Origin: Parcubacteria group bacterium
GTDB taxonomy: Bacteria > Patescibacteriota > Minisyncoccia > Phycocordibacterales > CSBR16-119
Reading direction: 5' to 3'
DNA length: 64,000 bases
Assembly (NCBI GenBank): GCA_943356745.1
Contig: CALRFT010000002.1
Location: 7,124-71,123 of the forward strand
Shown: positions 1 through 10,606 of the stretch, one piece after another
How positions within the stretch are numbered: the stretch's first letter is position 1
How the letters are laid out: each line of letters begins with the position of its first letter
Notes under the pieces: generated by a model
Database searches by the model: none
Told to the model about the DNA's origin: nothing
Seen by the model: the letters and a program-made list of their open reading frames with translations, nothing else
Position numbers and translations under genes: made by a program

Positions 1-2
1 AA

Positions 3-1877
3 AGTCTCCCAAAAGACTCTCTTGATTATTTTTCAAGTAAAGAAATTTCACTTGGAGATCTCGTTGAAATACCGATTCGTAAACAAACTCACAAAGCAAT
101 CGTGGTAGCAATCAGTGATGCAAAGGAACAAAAAGCAGAACTCAAAGAAGCAGGTTTTCAACTTCGCCCTATAAAAAAAGTTATAGGACCTTCACCTTTT
201 GATGCTCAATTTTTAAAAACACTCACAGAATTACAAAAATATTACATCGGTAACACAAGCCAATTTTTCTCAGAATCAATTTCTCAAGTTATTCTTGATT
301 CAGTCGAATCACTCAAAAAACCAGATTTTGAAATTAAGAAAAATGAATTCAAAAAAGAAACCCTTGTACTTCAAAAACCACTGAATGAAAGAATTGGATT
401 TTACAAGACACTCATCCGTGAATCTTTTGCAAAAGGAGAATCTGTACGTTTTATAGTACCAACCATCCAAGATGCGAATATTCTTTTTGAAACTCTATCA
501 AAAGGTATTCAGGATTATTCTTTTTTGATTCATAGTAAAAAAAATCAAAAACAAATCATCGAGTCTTGGAATACTATAGTTTCGAAAGACCACCCAATCT
601 GTATCATTCACACACCTCAGTTTCTTTGTATTCCAAGACACGACACTGGCGTGATTATTCTTGAACAAGAAAATTCACACCATTTTCAATCAAACAAAAG
701 ACCTTATATTGACGGACGAATTCTAACAGAACTGTTTGCTCGCATACACAACACGAAGCTTATTATGAGTGATACACTTCTCCGAACAGAAACTCTAGTG
801 AGACAACAAAACCAAGAACTCGGAACAGTTGATAATTTGTTTTTCAGAATTGATTCACCTGCTGAACATATTGTGGTGGACATGAGAAAAGAAGAACATA
901 AGGGAGAAATTTTGAGTTCAGAAGTAGCCAAGCAAATTGCAGAAACTTATAGACAAGGAAAAAAAATTCTTCTATTCGCTCTTCGCCCAGGACTCGCAAC
1001 TACAACAATTTGCAATGACTGTGGAACAACTCAAACCTATAAAGGATCACCTCTCACACTACACAGCAACCCTGATACAGGAGAACGATTTTTTAAAAGT
1101 AAAAAATATAATAAAGAATTCAGAACGAATGTAGTCTGCCACAATTGCTCGAGTTGGAATCTCCAAGCGCTTGGTATAGGAACAGAAACTGTTGAATCTT
1201 TGGTTACAAAAAATAATCAAAACCTAACCGTGTTTCGAATTGATCAAAATCAGAATCATACTCCGAAACAAATAAAAACGACTCTTGAAAAATTTGAAAA
1301 ACATGAAGGTGGAGCAATTTTAATTACGAGTCAGATTGGAATTCCCTATCTTTCTCAAAATATTTCTTTGTCTTGTATTGTTTCTCTTGATAGCTTGTTC
1401 AATATTCCTCAATTTAATATGTATGAAAAAATCACACATATTATTATGGACATTTCTTCAAAAACAACGGAAACTTGTTTTTTACAAACCAGATTCGCCG
1501 ATCAAAAAATCACCTCAATTCTTCAAAGTAAAAAATTATTTGATTTTTTTGAATACGACATGGAAGAAAGAAAATTTTGGGAATATCCACCTTTTTCAAC
1601 TATCATAAAAATGTCTTATGAAGGACCGAAGAAAGAAGTTTCATTGATTGAAAACTATTTAAAAAAGACTTTTGAAGGCTATGAATTTTATACCTATCAC
1701 TCTCGAGGGACCTCAGAAACAAAAACACTAACACATGTCATCATTAAGGTTCCAGCAAAATTCTGGCCTTTTCCTTGGGAAAAAGGAACCCAAGAAGAAA
1801 CTAAAAAGCTCAAGGAAAAACTTGATATTTTCCCACCATCTTGGTCTATTGCTATAAATCCCCAAAATATTTTATAA
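3..1877 (+). CDS. priA: Primosomal protein N' (PriA-like), 5' end beyond window; helicase motifs degenerate
   Basis: Frame open from position 3 (LDYFSSKEISLGDLVEIPIRKQ, PriA 3'-binding-like N-terminus); CNDC and CHNC Zn knuckles, LGIGTE, ERKFWEYPPF C-terminal motif. Confidence 0.85.
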   Translation, partial: SLPKDSLDYFSSKEISLGDLVEIPIRKQTHKAIVVAISDAKEQKAELKEAGFQLRPIKKVIGPSPFDAQFLKTLTELQKYYIGNTSQFFSESISQVILDSVESLKKPDFEIKKNEFKKETLVLQKPLNERIGFYKTLIRESFAKGESVRFIVPTIQDANILFETLSKGIQDYSFLIHSKKNQKQIIESWNTIVSKDHPICIIHTPQFLCIPRHDTGVIILEQENSHHFQSNKRPYIDGRILTELFARIHNTKLIMSDTLLRTETLVRQQNQELGTVDNLFFRIDSPAEHIVVDMRKEEHKGEILSSEVAKQIAETYRQGKKILLFALRPGLATTTICNDCGTTQTYKGSPLTLHSNPDTGERFFKSKKYNKEFRTNVVCHNCSSWNLQALGIGTETVESLVTKNNQNLTVFRIDQNQNHTPKQIKTTLEKFEKHEGGAILITSQIGIPYLSQNISLSCIVSLDSLFNIPQFNMYEKITHIIMDISSKTTETCFLQTRFADQKITSILQSKKLFDFFEYDMEERKFWEYPPFSTIIKMSYEGPKKEVSLIENYLKKTFEGYEFYTYHSRGTSETKTLTHVIIKVPAKFWPFPWEKGTQEETKKLKEKLDIFPPSWSIAINPQNIL

Positions 1878-1920
1878 AATCTTGCGTTTTTAAATCCTTT
1901 ATGGTATTGTTTTTGACGTT

Positions 1921-2151
1921 ATGAAAAAAACCGTTATTATTGAAGATAAACGACAAGGAAACGAAAGTAGTGCAAATCTCTTGCGACGATTTTCACGACG
2001 CGTGAAGGATTCAAATATCGTTCGAGAAGTTCGAAATAATCGATACGCCTCACGAAAACCTTCTTCTCTTGTAACCAAAAAGAGTGCTTTGCGAAGAATC
2101 ACAAAACAAGCAGAGATTACAAAACTCAAAAAACTTGGTAAGATAGGATAG
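1921..2151 (+). CDS. rpsU: 30S ribosomal protein S21
   Basis: Small basic protein, NESSANLLRRFSRRVKDSNIVREVRNNRY pattern. Confidence 0.85.
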   Translation: MKKTVIIEDKRQGNESSANLLRRFSRRVKDSNIVREVRNNRYASRKPSSLVTKKSALRRITKQAEITKLKKLGKIG

Positions 2152-2547
2152 ATGGAACGCACTGACGGTAATCTCACTATCACCCGCACAACAAAAGGCA
2201 AGCTTCCAAGCTTGCCTTTTTTGGCTGTAAAAAATCATATTCTCGGAAAAAAGTTTACTCTTTCTCTTGCTTTCATTGATTTACCAACAATGAAAAAACT
2301 CAGCAAAGAATACAAAGGTGACGACACTCATACAAACATCCTCACCTTCCCTCTTGATACACAAGAAGCCGAGATTCTTATGAATCTTCAAACTGTTCGA
2401 AGTGCCGCAAAACACTTTGACATGAAATACCAAGAACATCTTCTATTTCTTTTTATTCACGGATGCCTTCACCTGAAAGGATACAAACATGGACCTGAAA
2501 TGGAAGCTTTGGAAGAAAAACTTTTGGTAAAATTTTGGGAAAAATAA
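2152..2547 (+). CDS. ybeY: rRNA maturation endoribonuclease YbeY
   Basis: TNILTFP and HGCLHLKGYKH metal-binding motif. Confidence 0.9.
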   Translation: MERTDGNLTITRTTKGKLPSLPFLAVKNHILGKKFTLSLAFIDLPTMKKLSKEYKGDDTHTNILTFPLDTQEAEILMNLQTVRSAAKHFDMKYQEHLLFLFIHGCLHLKGYKHGPEMEALEEKLLVKFWEK

Positions 2548-2664
2548 AAAGCCTCTTTGGAGGTTTTTTATTTTTCCCCTTATATAAAAAAAACTTTGTA
2601 GTACAATATCTATGTACTTTTTCAAGGAAATGTCTTTAATACATTTCTTTCTTTTATGTAGTAT

Positions 2665-3840
2665 ATGTCAAAAAATATTACAGTTGGTATTGATATTGGA
2701 AGTCACGAAACACGCGTGATGGTTGTTGAGTATGCAGATGATGGACAAAGAAAAACAACACGAATCATTGGGATGGGATCTTCTGAAACAAAAGGTGTTC
2801 GACATGGGTATGTAGTAAACCCGGAACAAGCATCTGAATCAATCCAAAAAGCAGTATCTCAAGCAGAGCATGCTTCAGGAATCAGAATAAAACAAGCTGT
2901 TATCTCAATCTCAGGAATCAGCCTCGCTTCTCACATTGGTACTGGATCTTCAATTATCTCAAAAGCAGATAACGAAGTAACTCATCTCGATATACAAAAA
3001 GCTCTCAACGACGCAGAAAGCAAACTTTCTGTTCCAAATAAGCAAATCATCGAAACTCTTGTTCTTGAATACAAACTCGATGCAAAACGTGTCTTTGGAC
3101 GTCCAGAAGGAATGAAAGGAATCAAACTTGATGTTACTGTTTTGTATGTAGCAGCTCTGAAGCAACATATTGACGATCTTATTCTTTCAGTTAACCAAGC
3201 AGGGGTTGATGTCATCGATGTTGTTCCGAGTCCTCTTGCTACAAGTTTTGTTACTCTTTCTGAAAAACAAAAAACTGCAGGTTGTATGCTTCTTGATATT
3301 GGTGCTGAAACAGTTTCCCTTACTGTTTTTGAAGATAACCAAATCATCTCACTTCATGTATTTACCATTGGATCAAATGACATAACAAACGACATCGCAC
3401 TTGGTCTCAAAATACCACTTCCAGAAGCTGAAGAAATAAAACAAGGTGTCTTGATTGGAAATGTTCCCCAAGGAGATGTTGAAACAATCATAGAAGCAAG
3501 ACTTACAGATATTTTTGAACTTGTTCAAAAATATCTCAAAAAGATTAAACGAGACGGACTCTTGCCTGCTGGAGTTGTTATAACAGGTGGAGGATCTCAA
3601 ATCCCAATCACTGAAACTCTCGCAAGAAAAATCCTGAATGTTCCCGCAAGTCTTGCTCGTATTCCAACAAATAGCAAGAAAAATCCTCTTCTTAAGGACA
3701 TGAGCTGGCTTGTCGTATATGGCCTTTGTATGTCAAAACGATACACAGCAAGTGGAAACACAAGCTACAACCCTGTTTCAAAAACACTTTCTCATATAGG
3801 ACAATTCTTCAAATCCATCATTAAGCAGTTGAAGCCGTAA
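2665..3840 (+). CDS. ftsA: Cell division protein FtsA
   Basis: GIDIGS, DIGAET, TGGGSQ actin-fold motifs; directly upstream of ftsZ. Confidence 0.95.
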   Translation: MSKNITVGIDIGSHETRVMVVEYADDGQRKTTRIIGMGSSETKGVRHGYVVNPEQASESIQKAVSQAEHASGIRIKQAVISISGISLASHIGTGSSIISKADNEVTHLDIQKALNDAESKLSVPNKQIIETLVLEYKLDAKRVFGRPEGMKGIKLDVTVLYVAALKQHIDDLILSVNQAGVDVIDVVPSPLATSFVTLSEKQKTAGCMLLDIGAETVSLTVFEDNQIISLHVFTIGSNDITNDIALGLKIPLPEAEEIKQGVLIGNVPQGDVETIIEARLTDIFELVQKYLKKIKRDGLLPAGVVITGGGSQIPITETLARKILNVPASLARIPTNSKKNPLLKDMSWLVVYGLCMSKRYTASGNTSYNPVSKTLSHIGQFFKSIIKQLKP

Positions 3841-3979
3841 GTAGTCAATAAGGACAAGCCCTGAAAATATTGATACTATATAACCAGCTTTAATCGGTCA
3901 TTAACATTTAAAACAAAAGCTCTTTTTTGATAGAGCTTTTTGTTTTGATAAAGCAACTTAATTTATAAATATCACTATT

Positions 3980-5233
3980 ATGGCAAAAATTAATTCAGAC
4001 GTAGAAACTTTTGCACGCATCAAAGTTATCGGAATTGGTGGTTCAGGTGGAAATGCAATAAACCACATGATCACTCGTGGAGTACAAGGTGTTGAATTCA
4101 TTGCAATGAACACGGACGTGCAAGATCTTCACCACTCAAAAGCAGATAAGAAAATTCATCTTGGTAAAAATCTCACCAAGGGACTTGGTGCTGGAATGAA
4201 TCCAGAAATTGGACGAAAAGCAGCAGAAGAAACCCGATCAGAAATTCAAGATTTCGTAAAAGGATCAGATATGGTGTTTATCACAGCTGGAATGGGAGGA
4301 GGAACAGGAACAGGAGCTTCTCCAACTGTTGCGCGAGCTGCGAAAGAACAAGGGATTCTCACTGTTGCAGTTGTAACACGACCTTTCTTCTTTGAAGGTA
4401 ATCAACGACTTCGAATTGCGGATGAAGGTATCCGAGCACTTGAAAAAGAAGTTGATGCCATCATTACAATTCCAAACGACCGACTCCTTCAAATCACTGA
4501 AAAAAATACAAGCTTCAATGAAGCCTTTGAAATGGTAGATGAAATCTTGCGACAAGCAGTAGAAGGTATTTCTGATATCATTACAAACCCAGGAAAAATC
4601 AACGTGGACTTTGCAGATATCAAAGCAATCATGGCAGACGCAGGATCAGCACTCATGGGAATCGGATATGCAGCTGGAGAAGGCCGAGCAGAAAATGCAG
4701 CGCTTCAAGCAATCAATTCCCCACTTCTTGAAATCTCAATCAATGGAGCAAAAGGAGTTCTTTTCTCTGTTGCAGGAAGTGAAGATCTTGGAATCCAAGA
4801 AATTCAAGCGATTGCAAAAATCATTACTGAATCAATCGACAAAGACGCAAAAGTTATTTGGGGTAAAACTCAAGATGACAAACTCAAAAAAGGAGAAATC
4901 CGAGTTACTGTTATCGCAACAGGTTTTCCAAATAGCACACAAAGAAAATCTTTGTTTGGTGCTCAACAGCAACAACAAATGATGTCAGCAACGACTTCAC
5001 GACCAAAAGAAGAGACTCGAGAAGAAATGATTGTTGAAGAAGAGACACAAGAAAGAAAATCTCAAAGACGAGAAGAACCAAAAGAAATTCGAAACTCTAT
5101 CCCAAAGGTAGAAGATTTTGAAGAACTGAAAGTACCAGAAAAAGAACCTATTGAAATTGTCGACGGTGATGATTTTGAAGAGGATGACGAAGACTGGTCA
5201 GCGGTTCCAGCGTTTCTACGAAGAAAGAAATAA
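3980..5233 (+). CDS. ftsZ: Cell division protein FtsZ
   Basis: GMGGGTGTG tubulin signature, INVDFAD, C-terminal VPAFLRRK. Confidence 0.99.
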   Translation: MAKINSDVETFARIKVIGIGGSGGNAINHMITRGVQGVEFIAMNTDVQDLHHSKADKKIHLGKNLTKGLGAGMNPEIGRKAAEETRSEIQDFVKGSDMVFITAGMGGGTGTGASPTVARAAKEQGILTVAVVTRPFFFEGNQRLRIADEGIRALEKEVDAIITIPNDRLLQITEKNTSFNEAFEMVDEILRQAVEGISDIITNPGKINVDFADIKAIMADAGSALMGIGYAAGEGRAENAALQAINSPLLEISINGAKGVLFSVAGSEDLGIQEIQAIAKIITESIDKDAKVIWGKTQDDKLKKGEIRVTVIATGFPNSTQRKSLFGAQQQQQMMSATTSRPKEETREEMIVEEETQERKSQRREEPKEIRNSIPKVEDFEELKVPEKEPIEIVDGDDFEEDDEDWSAVPAFLRRKK

Positions 5234-5242
5234 TTACTCACC

Positions 5243-5270
5243 CAAAAACCGCATGAATGTGCGGTTTTTG
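5243..5270 (+). terminator. Intrinsic terminator after ftsZ
   Basis: CAAAAACCGCA-loop-TGCGGTTTTTG hairpin. Confidence 0.75.
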
Positions 5271-5299
5271 ATTTACTTAATCATGTATAATACCAAAGT

Positions 5300-6370
5300 A
5301 TGCGAATAATAGAAGAAACAAAACTAGATTATCAGGATGTATTACTTCGTCCAAAACGAAGTACTCTCACATCTAGAAAAGATGTTGATCTTGAACGTGA
5401 GTTTACTTTTTACCATTCCCCAAAAACATGGAAAGGAATTCCAATCATGACAGCAAACATGGCAACCTGTGGAACTTTTGAAATGGCACAGGTTCTAGCT
5501 CCGTACAAAATGATTACAACATTTCACAAATACTACACTGTAGAACAATTTGAAGAGTTTTTCAAAAGTTTTAATAACCCAGATTATGTTGCCTATACAC
5601 TTGGAATTCGTGATGAAGATTTTGAAAAATTAAAAATAATGCAAGAAAAAGATTTATTGAAACATTTTTCTTTTATCTGTCTCGACGTTCCAAATGGATA
5701 TCTTCAAAAATTTTTAGACGCCATTAAAATGGTTCGTACAATCTGCAAGGAACATATTATCATTGCTGGAAATGTTGTTACAAATGAAATGGCAGAAGAA
5801 ATTATTCTCGCTGGAGCAGATATTGTGAAGGTTGGAATAGGTCCTGGTTCTGCTTGTACAACCCGAAGACAAACGGGTGTTGGATATCCACAACTTTCAG
5901 CTGTGATTGAGTGTGGTGACGCAGCACATGGAATGTCAAACTCTCAAGGGGTTGGACGAATCATTGCAGATGGAGGACAACAGTTCCCTTCTTGTGTAGC
6001 GAAAGCATTTTGTGGTGGTGCAGATTTCAATATGTTTGGATCAATGTTTTCTGGATTTGAAGAAAGTGGAGGAAATTTGATTGAAAAAGATGGAAAACAA
6101 TTCAAAGAATATTTTGGATCTTCTTCAAACAAAGCAATGGAAGAATTTTATGGGAAAAAAGATTCGCACCGAGCAAGTGAAGGGCGATACACACTCATTC
6201 CATTCAAAGGAAGTATTCATAATTTCATTCAAGACCTTCTTGGCTCACTTCGAAGTACTGGAACATATATCGGCGCACAATTTCTGAAAGAATTCCCCAA
6301 ACGAGCAACTTTTATTCGAGTAAACAGACAGCTCACAACCTATCTAGAAACTTTTGATACGGGAAAATAA
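5300..6370 (+). CDS. guaC: GMP reductase
   Basis: [34 protein letters not shown]; no CBS domains. Confidence 0.92.
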   Translation: MRIIEETKLDYQDVLLRPKRSTLTSRKDVDLEREFTFYHSPKTWKGIPIMTANMATCGTFEMAQVLAPYKMITTFHKYYTVEQFEEFFKSFNNPDYVAYTLGIRDEDFEKLKIMQEKDLLKHFSFICLDVPNGYLQKFLDAIKMVRTICKEHIIIAGNVVTNEMAEEIILAGADIVKVGIGPGSACTTRRQTGVGYPQLSAVIECGDAAHGMSNSQGVGRIIADGGQQFPSCVAKAFCGGADFNMFGSMFSGFEESGGNLIEKDGKQFKEYFGSSSNKAMEEFYGKKDSHRASEGRYTLIPFKGSIHNFIQDLLGSLRSTGTYIGAQFLKEFPKRATFIRVNRQLTTYLETFDTGK

Positions 6371-6409
6371 GCCTCTCAAGAGACTTGACTCATGTGCTAT
6401 AATACAAAT

Positions 6410-7330
6410 ATGACTTACGAATTAATCATTATCGGAGGTGGACCAGCAGGATGCTCTGCTGCTGTTTACGCTGCACGAAAAAAACTTAAAACCTTACTCA
6501 TCACCTCAGAATGGGGCGGGCAATCAATAGTTTCTGAAACAATCTACAACTGGATTGGAACACCTGAGATCTCAGGTCATGATCTTGCCGAAAGTTTCAA
6601 AAAACATGTTGAATACTATCAAGGAGAAGATCTAGAACTCAAAACTGGATCATATGTAGAAAAGGTAGAAAAAACAGCTGAAGGATTTAAGGTATCTCTT
6701 TCAAATGGAGAATCTTTTGAAACAAAAACAATTCTCATCTCTTCTGGATCAGGACGACGAAAACTTGAAGTAAAAGGTGCTGATGTTTTGGAACACAAAG
6801 GACTTACCTACTGCGCAACCTGTGACGGACCGCTATTTTCTGGACAAGATGTCGCTGTCATTGGTGGAGGAAATGCTGCCTTTGAAAGTGCTTCACAACT
6901 TGCTCAGTATTGCAAAAGTGTAACCATTATTCACCGAGGTTCTGAATGGAGAGCAGAAGCAGTAACGGTTGAAAAAATTCTTGCAAGACCAAATGTAAAA
7001 TCAATCATGAATGCAGACACAACAGAAGTCTATGGAGAAAAATTTGTTGCTGGAATGAAATATAAAGATAAGGAAGGAAATGAACATGATCTTCCCGTAA
7101 CAGGTATCTTTGTTGAAATTGGACAAATTCCAAATACTGGAATTGCAAGTGAGGTAGTTGAGCTTGATGACTACAAACGAATCAAAATCGACTACGCAAC
7201 CCAAAAGACCACCACTCCTGGAATTTGGGCTGCTGGAGATTGCACCAATGTCCTCTATCACCAAAACAACATCGCAGCTGGAGATGCAGTTCGAGCACTT
7301 GAGGATATATACAAATACTTACACGCATAG
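6410..7330 (+). CDS. trxB: Thioredoxin-disulfide reductase-like FAD oxidoreductase
   Basis: GGGPAG, CATCDG redox motif, GGGNAA, AAGD; start moved to ATG 6410 after a TATAAT box. Confidence 0.85.
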   Translation: MTYELIIIGGGPAGCSAAVYAARKKLKTLLITSEWGGQSIVSETIYNWIGTPEISGHDLAESFKKHVEYYQGEDLELKTGSYVEKVEKTAEGFKVSLSNGESFETKTILISSGSGRRKLEVKGADVLEHKGLTYCATCDGPLFSGQDVAVIGGGNAAFESASQLAQYCKSVTIIHRGSEWRAEAVTVEKILARPNVKSIMNADTTEVYGEKFVAGMKYKDKEGNEHDLPVTGIFVEIGQIPNTGIASEVVELDDYKRIKIDYATQKTTTPGIWAAGDCTNVLYHQNNIAAGDAVRALEDIYKYLHA

Positions 7331-7425
7331 CGCATACAAAGAACCCACCTTGAGTGGGTTTTTTGTATGTATTGACATAATTATATAATATTATATAATA
7401 TAAAAAATATTTAAAACTTAAGACG

Positions 7426-7683
7426 ATGAATAAAACAAACTCTCGAAAAGTAACTGAAACCAACTGGGAAAACCTCTTTATTGGGCTTATCGCACTTTTA
7501 TTATCTACAGCATCATTGTGTATCTTCATTGTTAATGCATTCAATCTAGAGTGGTCTTTTCCCGGGACTCTCGTAAGAGATATCCCCACCACCACAACTG
7601 CCCTTTTGGTATTCGCATTTACTCTTCTTCCTGCAGTTATTGCATTTCAAAACAGTAAAAGCGTTAGAACTGAGTGGTGCTAA
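7426..7683 (+). CDS. Small membrane protein (2 TM), hypothetical
   Basis: Two hydrophobic segments; upstream TTGACA and TATAAT-like boxes, downstream terminator. Confidence 0.6.
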   Translation: MNKTNSRKVTETNWENLFIGLIALLLSTASLCIFIVNAFNLEWSFPGTLVRDIPTTTTALLVFAFTLLPAVIAFQNSKSVRTEWC

Positions 7684-7796
7684 CATATTCAAAAGTATGA
7701 TCTTTCCCAAAACCCTTCTTCTGAAGGGTTTTTGTTTTATCTTTACATAAATACATATTTATGTCACAATAGCACCAAACCCTAAAATGTTATTTT

Positions 7797-8486
7797 ATGT
7801 CTCAAAAACAACTACGTTTCTTAAGTGATGGAACTCTTTGTTCCCTTTTTTCTCAAGGTTCTGTTAAAAGAAAACCTCGAATTGATCCATTTCTTTTCTG
7901 TGAATTTATTAAAAAAGACCAGGTGATAATTTTTAAAAAAGAAAAGATTCGCAAATTTATCATGGGAACCCTAGCGGTAAGCATAGTGTTCTCTGTTGGA
8001 CTTTTTGTGTTCAATTTTATCGATGAAGGAATTCTGGGAGTTTGTCTAACAATGTCTTTTATCGGAAGCCTCATGGTACATTACCTTTTGTTTCCCAAAG
8101 AAGACAGGAATAAAAAAACAAACAAAGAATACAGGGAAGCATTTTTCTCAATTCTTGAAAAAGAACAAACTCTTACTGAAGTCGGACTGAAAGAAATCTT
8201 TTACAGCCTCATTAAGCGAATCCAATTTTTAATGATTGGAGAGAAGAAATCTTCAACAGAAAATTTAAATCGAATCAAAAACATTATCTACTGCATCAAC
8301 CAGACACACGAAGAGAGAGGTATTGTATTAAAAGTTCCGTCAAATTTTAGTGGTATTTGTTCCCAGCTAAAACAACTGTTTCCCCAAGATGCCGACATTG
8401 ATCAATTCATTCAACAGCAATCTTTTATCATTCCCCCTGGAGTTACAGTAGACAAAACCATTCACATTGAAGAAACTCTTGCGTAA
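7797..8486 (+). CDS. Hypothetical membrane protein
   Basis: 229-aa ORF with two TM segments, followed by GC-rich terminator at about 8494-8525. Confidence 0.65.
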   Translation: MSQKQLRFLSDGTLCSLFSQGSVKRKPRIDPFLFCEFIKKDQVIIFKKEKIRKFIMGTLAVSIVFSVGLFVFNFIDEGILGVCLTMSFIGSLMVHYLLFPKEDRNKKTNKEYREAFFSILEKEQTLTEVGLKEIFYSLIKRIQFLMIGEKKSSTENLNRIKNIIYCINQTHEERGIVLKVPSNFSGICSQLKQLFPQDADIDQFIQQQSFIIPPGVTVDKTIHIEETLA

Positions 8487-8552
8487 AGCAAGGAACCGCG
8501 TCGCACAAGCGACGCGGTTTTTATTTTTCCCATTTATGAGTATAATCAAACC

Positions 8553-9179
8553 ATGCAAGGTTTCAGTGAACTCTTCTCAAATATTCTTTTCAGTCTTGGG
8601 CCAGTAACTCGAGAAGTTTTCATATTCTTTCTTGGTTATATCGAAGGACTTCCAATCATCGGCTCTCTTGTTCCTGGTGGCACCATGGCAATCCTCATCG
8701 GTAGTCTTTCAAAGGATGGATACATTGCCCCACTTCTCGCTATCAACCTCATTGCTCTTGGAAGTTTCCTCGGTGACCTCACAGGTTTTGTCTTTGGAAA
8801 ACAACTTCGAAAACTTGAATATGTAAAAAAGATGATGGAAAGTGAGAAGAACAAAAAACACTGGGATGTTTTTGACAGACACATTGCACTTGTAATCATC
8901 ATCGGAAAGGTTTTGCCGGTTGTGAGATCTACTCCTTCTCTTTTTGCAGGAATGCGAAAAATTCCTATTCATCGGTACGTAATCTACACACTCATCGGAT
9001 CATATCTTTGGGCTGTGATTGGAATCTATTCAGGAAGTGCTCTTGCAAATATTCTCGGGGACTATGCAGTACCAGTCATCATTCTCACAGTATTCGTACT
9101 TACATTTGGAAGTTTTGCTTACAATAAAATCAAAAAATATCAAAAACAAAAAAGACAAATAAAAGAAGCCGTCGAGTAA
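8553..9179 (+). CDS. DedA family membrane protein
   Basis: EGLPIIGSLVPG, LGDLTGF, GKVLPVVRS motifs. Confidence 0.9.
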   Translation: MQGFSELFSNILFSLGPVTREVFIFFLGYIEGLPIIGSLVPGGTMAILIGSLSKDGYIAPLLAINLIALGSFLGDLTGFVFGKQLRKLEYVKKMMESEKNKKHWDVFDRHIALVIIIGKVLPVVRSTPSLFAGMRKIPIHRYVIYTLIGSYLWAVIGIYSGSALANILGDYAVPVIILTVFVLTFGSFAYNKIKKYQKQKRQIKEAVE

Positions 9180-9196
9180 ACTCGACGGCTTTTGTT

Positions 9197-9970
9197 TTAA
9201 ACTCTCACCCCTTGAAAAAGCGGAATAGACGCTTCCAAATACTTACGAACCTCGGAAAGATCCAAACCACCATGAGCAGCCTGCAACTTCCCTTCTGCAT
9301 CGGTAGAAATGTCTGGATACTGGTTTACAATATCAAGCAATTTCTGCTGAACATTTTCAGGAGATAAACCTCCTGCAACTCCGACTCCAAGATATGAAAT
9401 CGGACTAAACTCAGAAACAAGACTACCAATTTTTTGATGATCCAAATCGAGACCTCTTCCTCCCGACATATCAAGAAGAATGTGATCAATCGCTCTGTCG
9501 TATCCTAGAACAGCTTGGTAAATTTGTGTAAGGTCATTTCCTTTTTGAGAAAAAGCCTCATGTCCAACCTGAAGAACAAATTCAGCATTAGGATACTTTT
9601 CCTTATACCTCAGCAAATGTTCTTTGTCAGGCCAAGCCATATTGAGCTGAAACCCATGAAGGTTCTCACCTGCAAGTTGTGTGATTTGCATCAAATCATC
9701 AAAAAGGTTTGTAGGGTTATCACTTGAAAAATGAACCAAGTTGAGACAACCTTCATCATTCGTAAAAATTGATCCCAAATCTGTCATTTTTGGATATCGC
9801 AGAGGCCATTTGTTTTGAATTCCTTGCAAAGTCTTTGAACTCACAAGGACTCCGACCATTAAACGTCTTCCGACTATCGACGGATGAGTGTTTCGATTTT
9901 TGAGAACAATTTCAACTTGTCCTTGGTTCATAAAACCAGTAACTCCAATGTAGGGTGTTTTTTTATTCAT
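9197..9970 (-). CDS. Phosphoribosylanthranilate isomerase (TrpF)-like TIM-barrel protein
   Basis: FQLN, LLDMSGGRG, GVAGGLSPENV, DAEGKL motifs resemble TrpF. Confidence 0.6.
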   Translation of the reverse strand: MNKKTPYIGVTGFMNQGQVEIVLKNRNTHPSIVGRRLMVGVLVSSKTLQGIQNKWPLRYPKMTDLGSIFTNDEGCLNLVHFSSDNPTNLFDDLMQITQLAGENLHGFQLNMAWPDKEHLLRYKEKYPNAEFVLQVGHEAFSQKGNDLTQIYQAVLGYDRAIDHILLDMSGGRGLDLDHQKIGSLVSEFSPISYLGVGVAGGLSPENVQQKLLDIVNQYPDISTDAEGKLQAAHGGLDLSEVRKYLEASIPLFQGVRV

Positions 9971-10006
9971 AAAAGTACAATTTAAAGGGTTTATTTAAAT
10001 CATACT

Positions 10007-10537
10007 CTAGCATAAAAACCCACAAATCGAAAACACCTCGCAAGAGGTGTTTTTGATTTGTATAGCCATACGTTCACGAACCCCTTTCAAAAACATATCA
10101 GGATTATTTTTAATTTCTTTTTTTAGCTCTTCTTCCGTAAACCACCTTATTTCAGCGACCTCATCTTCTTGTATTGTAAAATCATTAAATCCAGAAGGTA
10201 ATGTTAACAAAAATTCCTGACTAAAATATTGATACTTTGTACTAACTCTTCTCTTCTTTCCAAGAATAGGCTTTATGTTTACAAGTCCTAATTCTTCTTG
10301 AGACTCTTTTATAATATTTTCTTCATAAGTTTCATTTTCTTCAACAGTTCCCGCAACTGCTGGTCCCCATTTACCTGGATCATGTTTTTTATGAAGTGCC
10401 CGTTTTGCAAGTAATATTTTTCCATCGGTATCAGTGATCCACAAGTAAGAAACACGGTAGATAGAATTCTCATCACGACCGTCTCTTTCTTTGTAATCTA
10501 TAATGTTGTCATTTTCATCAACTATCGGTATTTTCAT
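10007..10537 (-). CDS. NUDIX hydrolase (IPP-isomerase-like subfamily)
   Basis: IPIVDEND, PGKWGPAVAGTVEENETYEENIIKESQEELG Nudix-like box. Confidence 0.85.
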   Translation of the reverse strand: MKIPIVDENDNIIDYKERDGRDENSIYRVSYLWITDTDGKILLAKRALHKKHDPGKWGPAVAGTVEENETYEENIIKESQEELGLVNIKPILGKKRRVSTKYQYFSQEFLLTLPSGFNDFTIQEDEVAEIRWFTEEELKKEIKNNPDMFLKGVRERMAIQIKNTSCEVFSICGFLC

Positions 10538-10606
10538 GTTTAAATATTATCACAAAAACAGCTCCGAAAGGAGCTGTTTTGTATGCTTCTCGTGCTAGCA
10601 CGAAAT

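Noticed and set aside
4964-4985. Poly-Gln stretch in FtsZ as a contingency repeat
   Set aside because: In-frame mixed CAA/CAG codons in the normally variable disordered linker.
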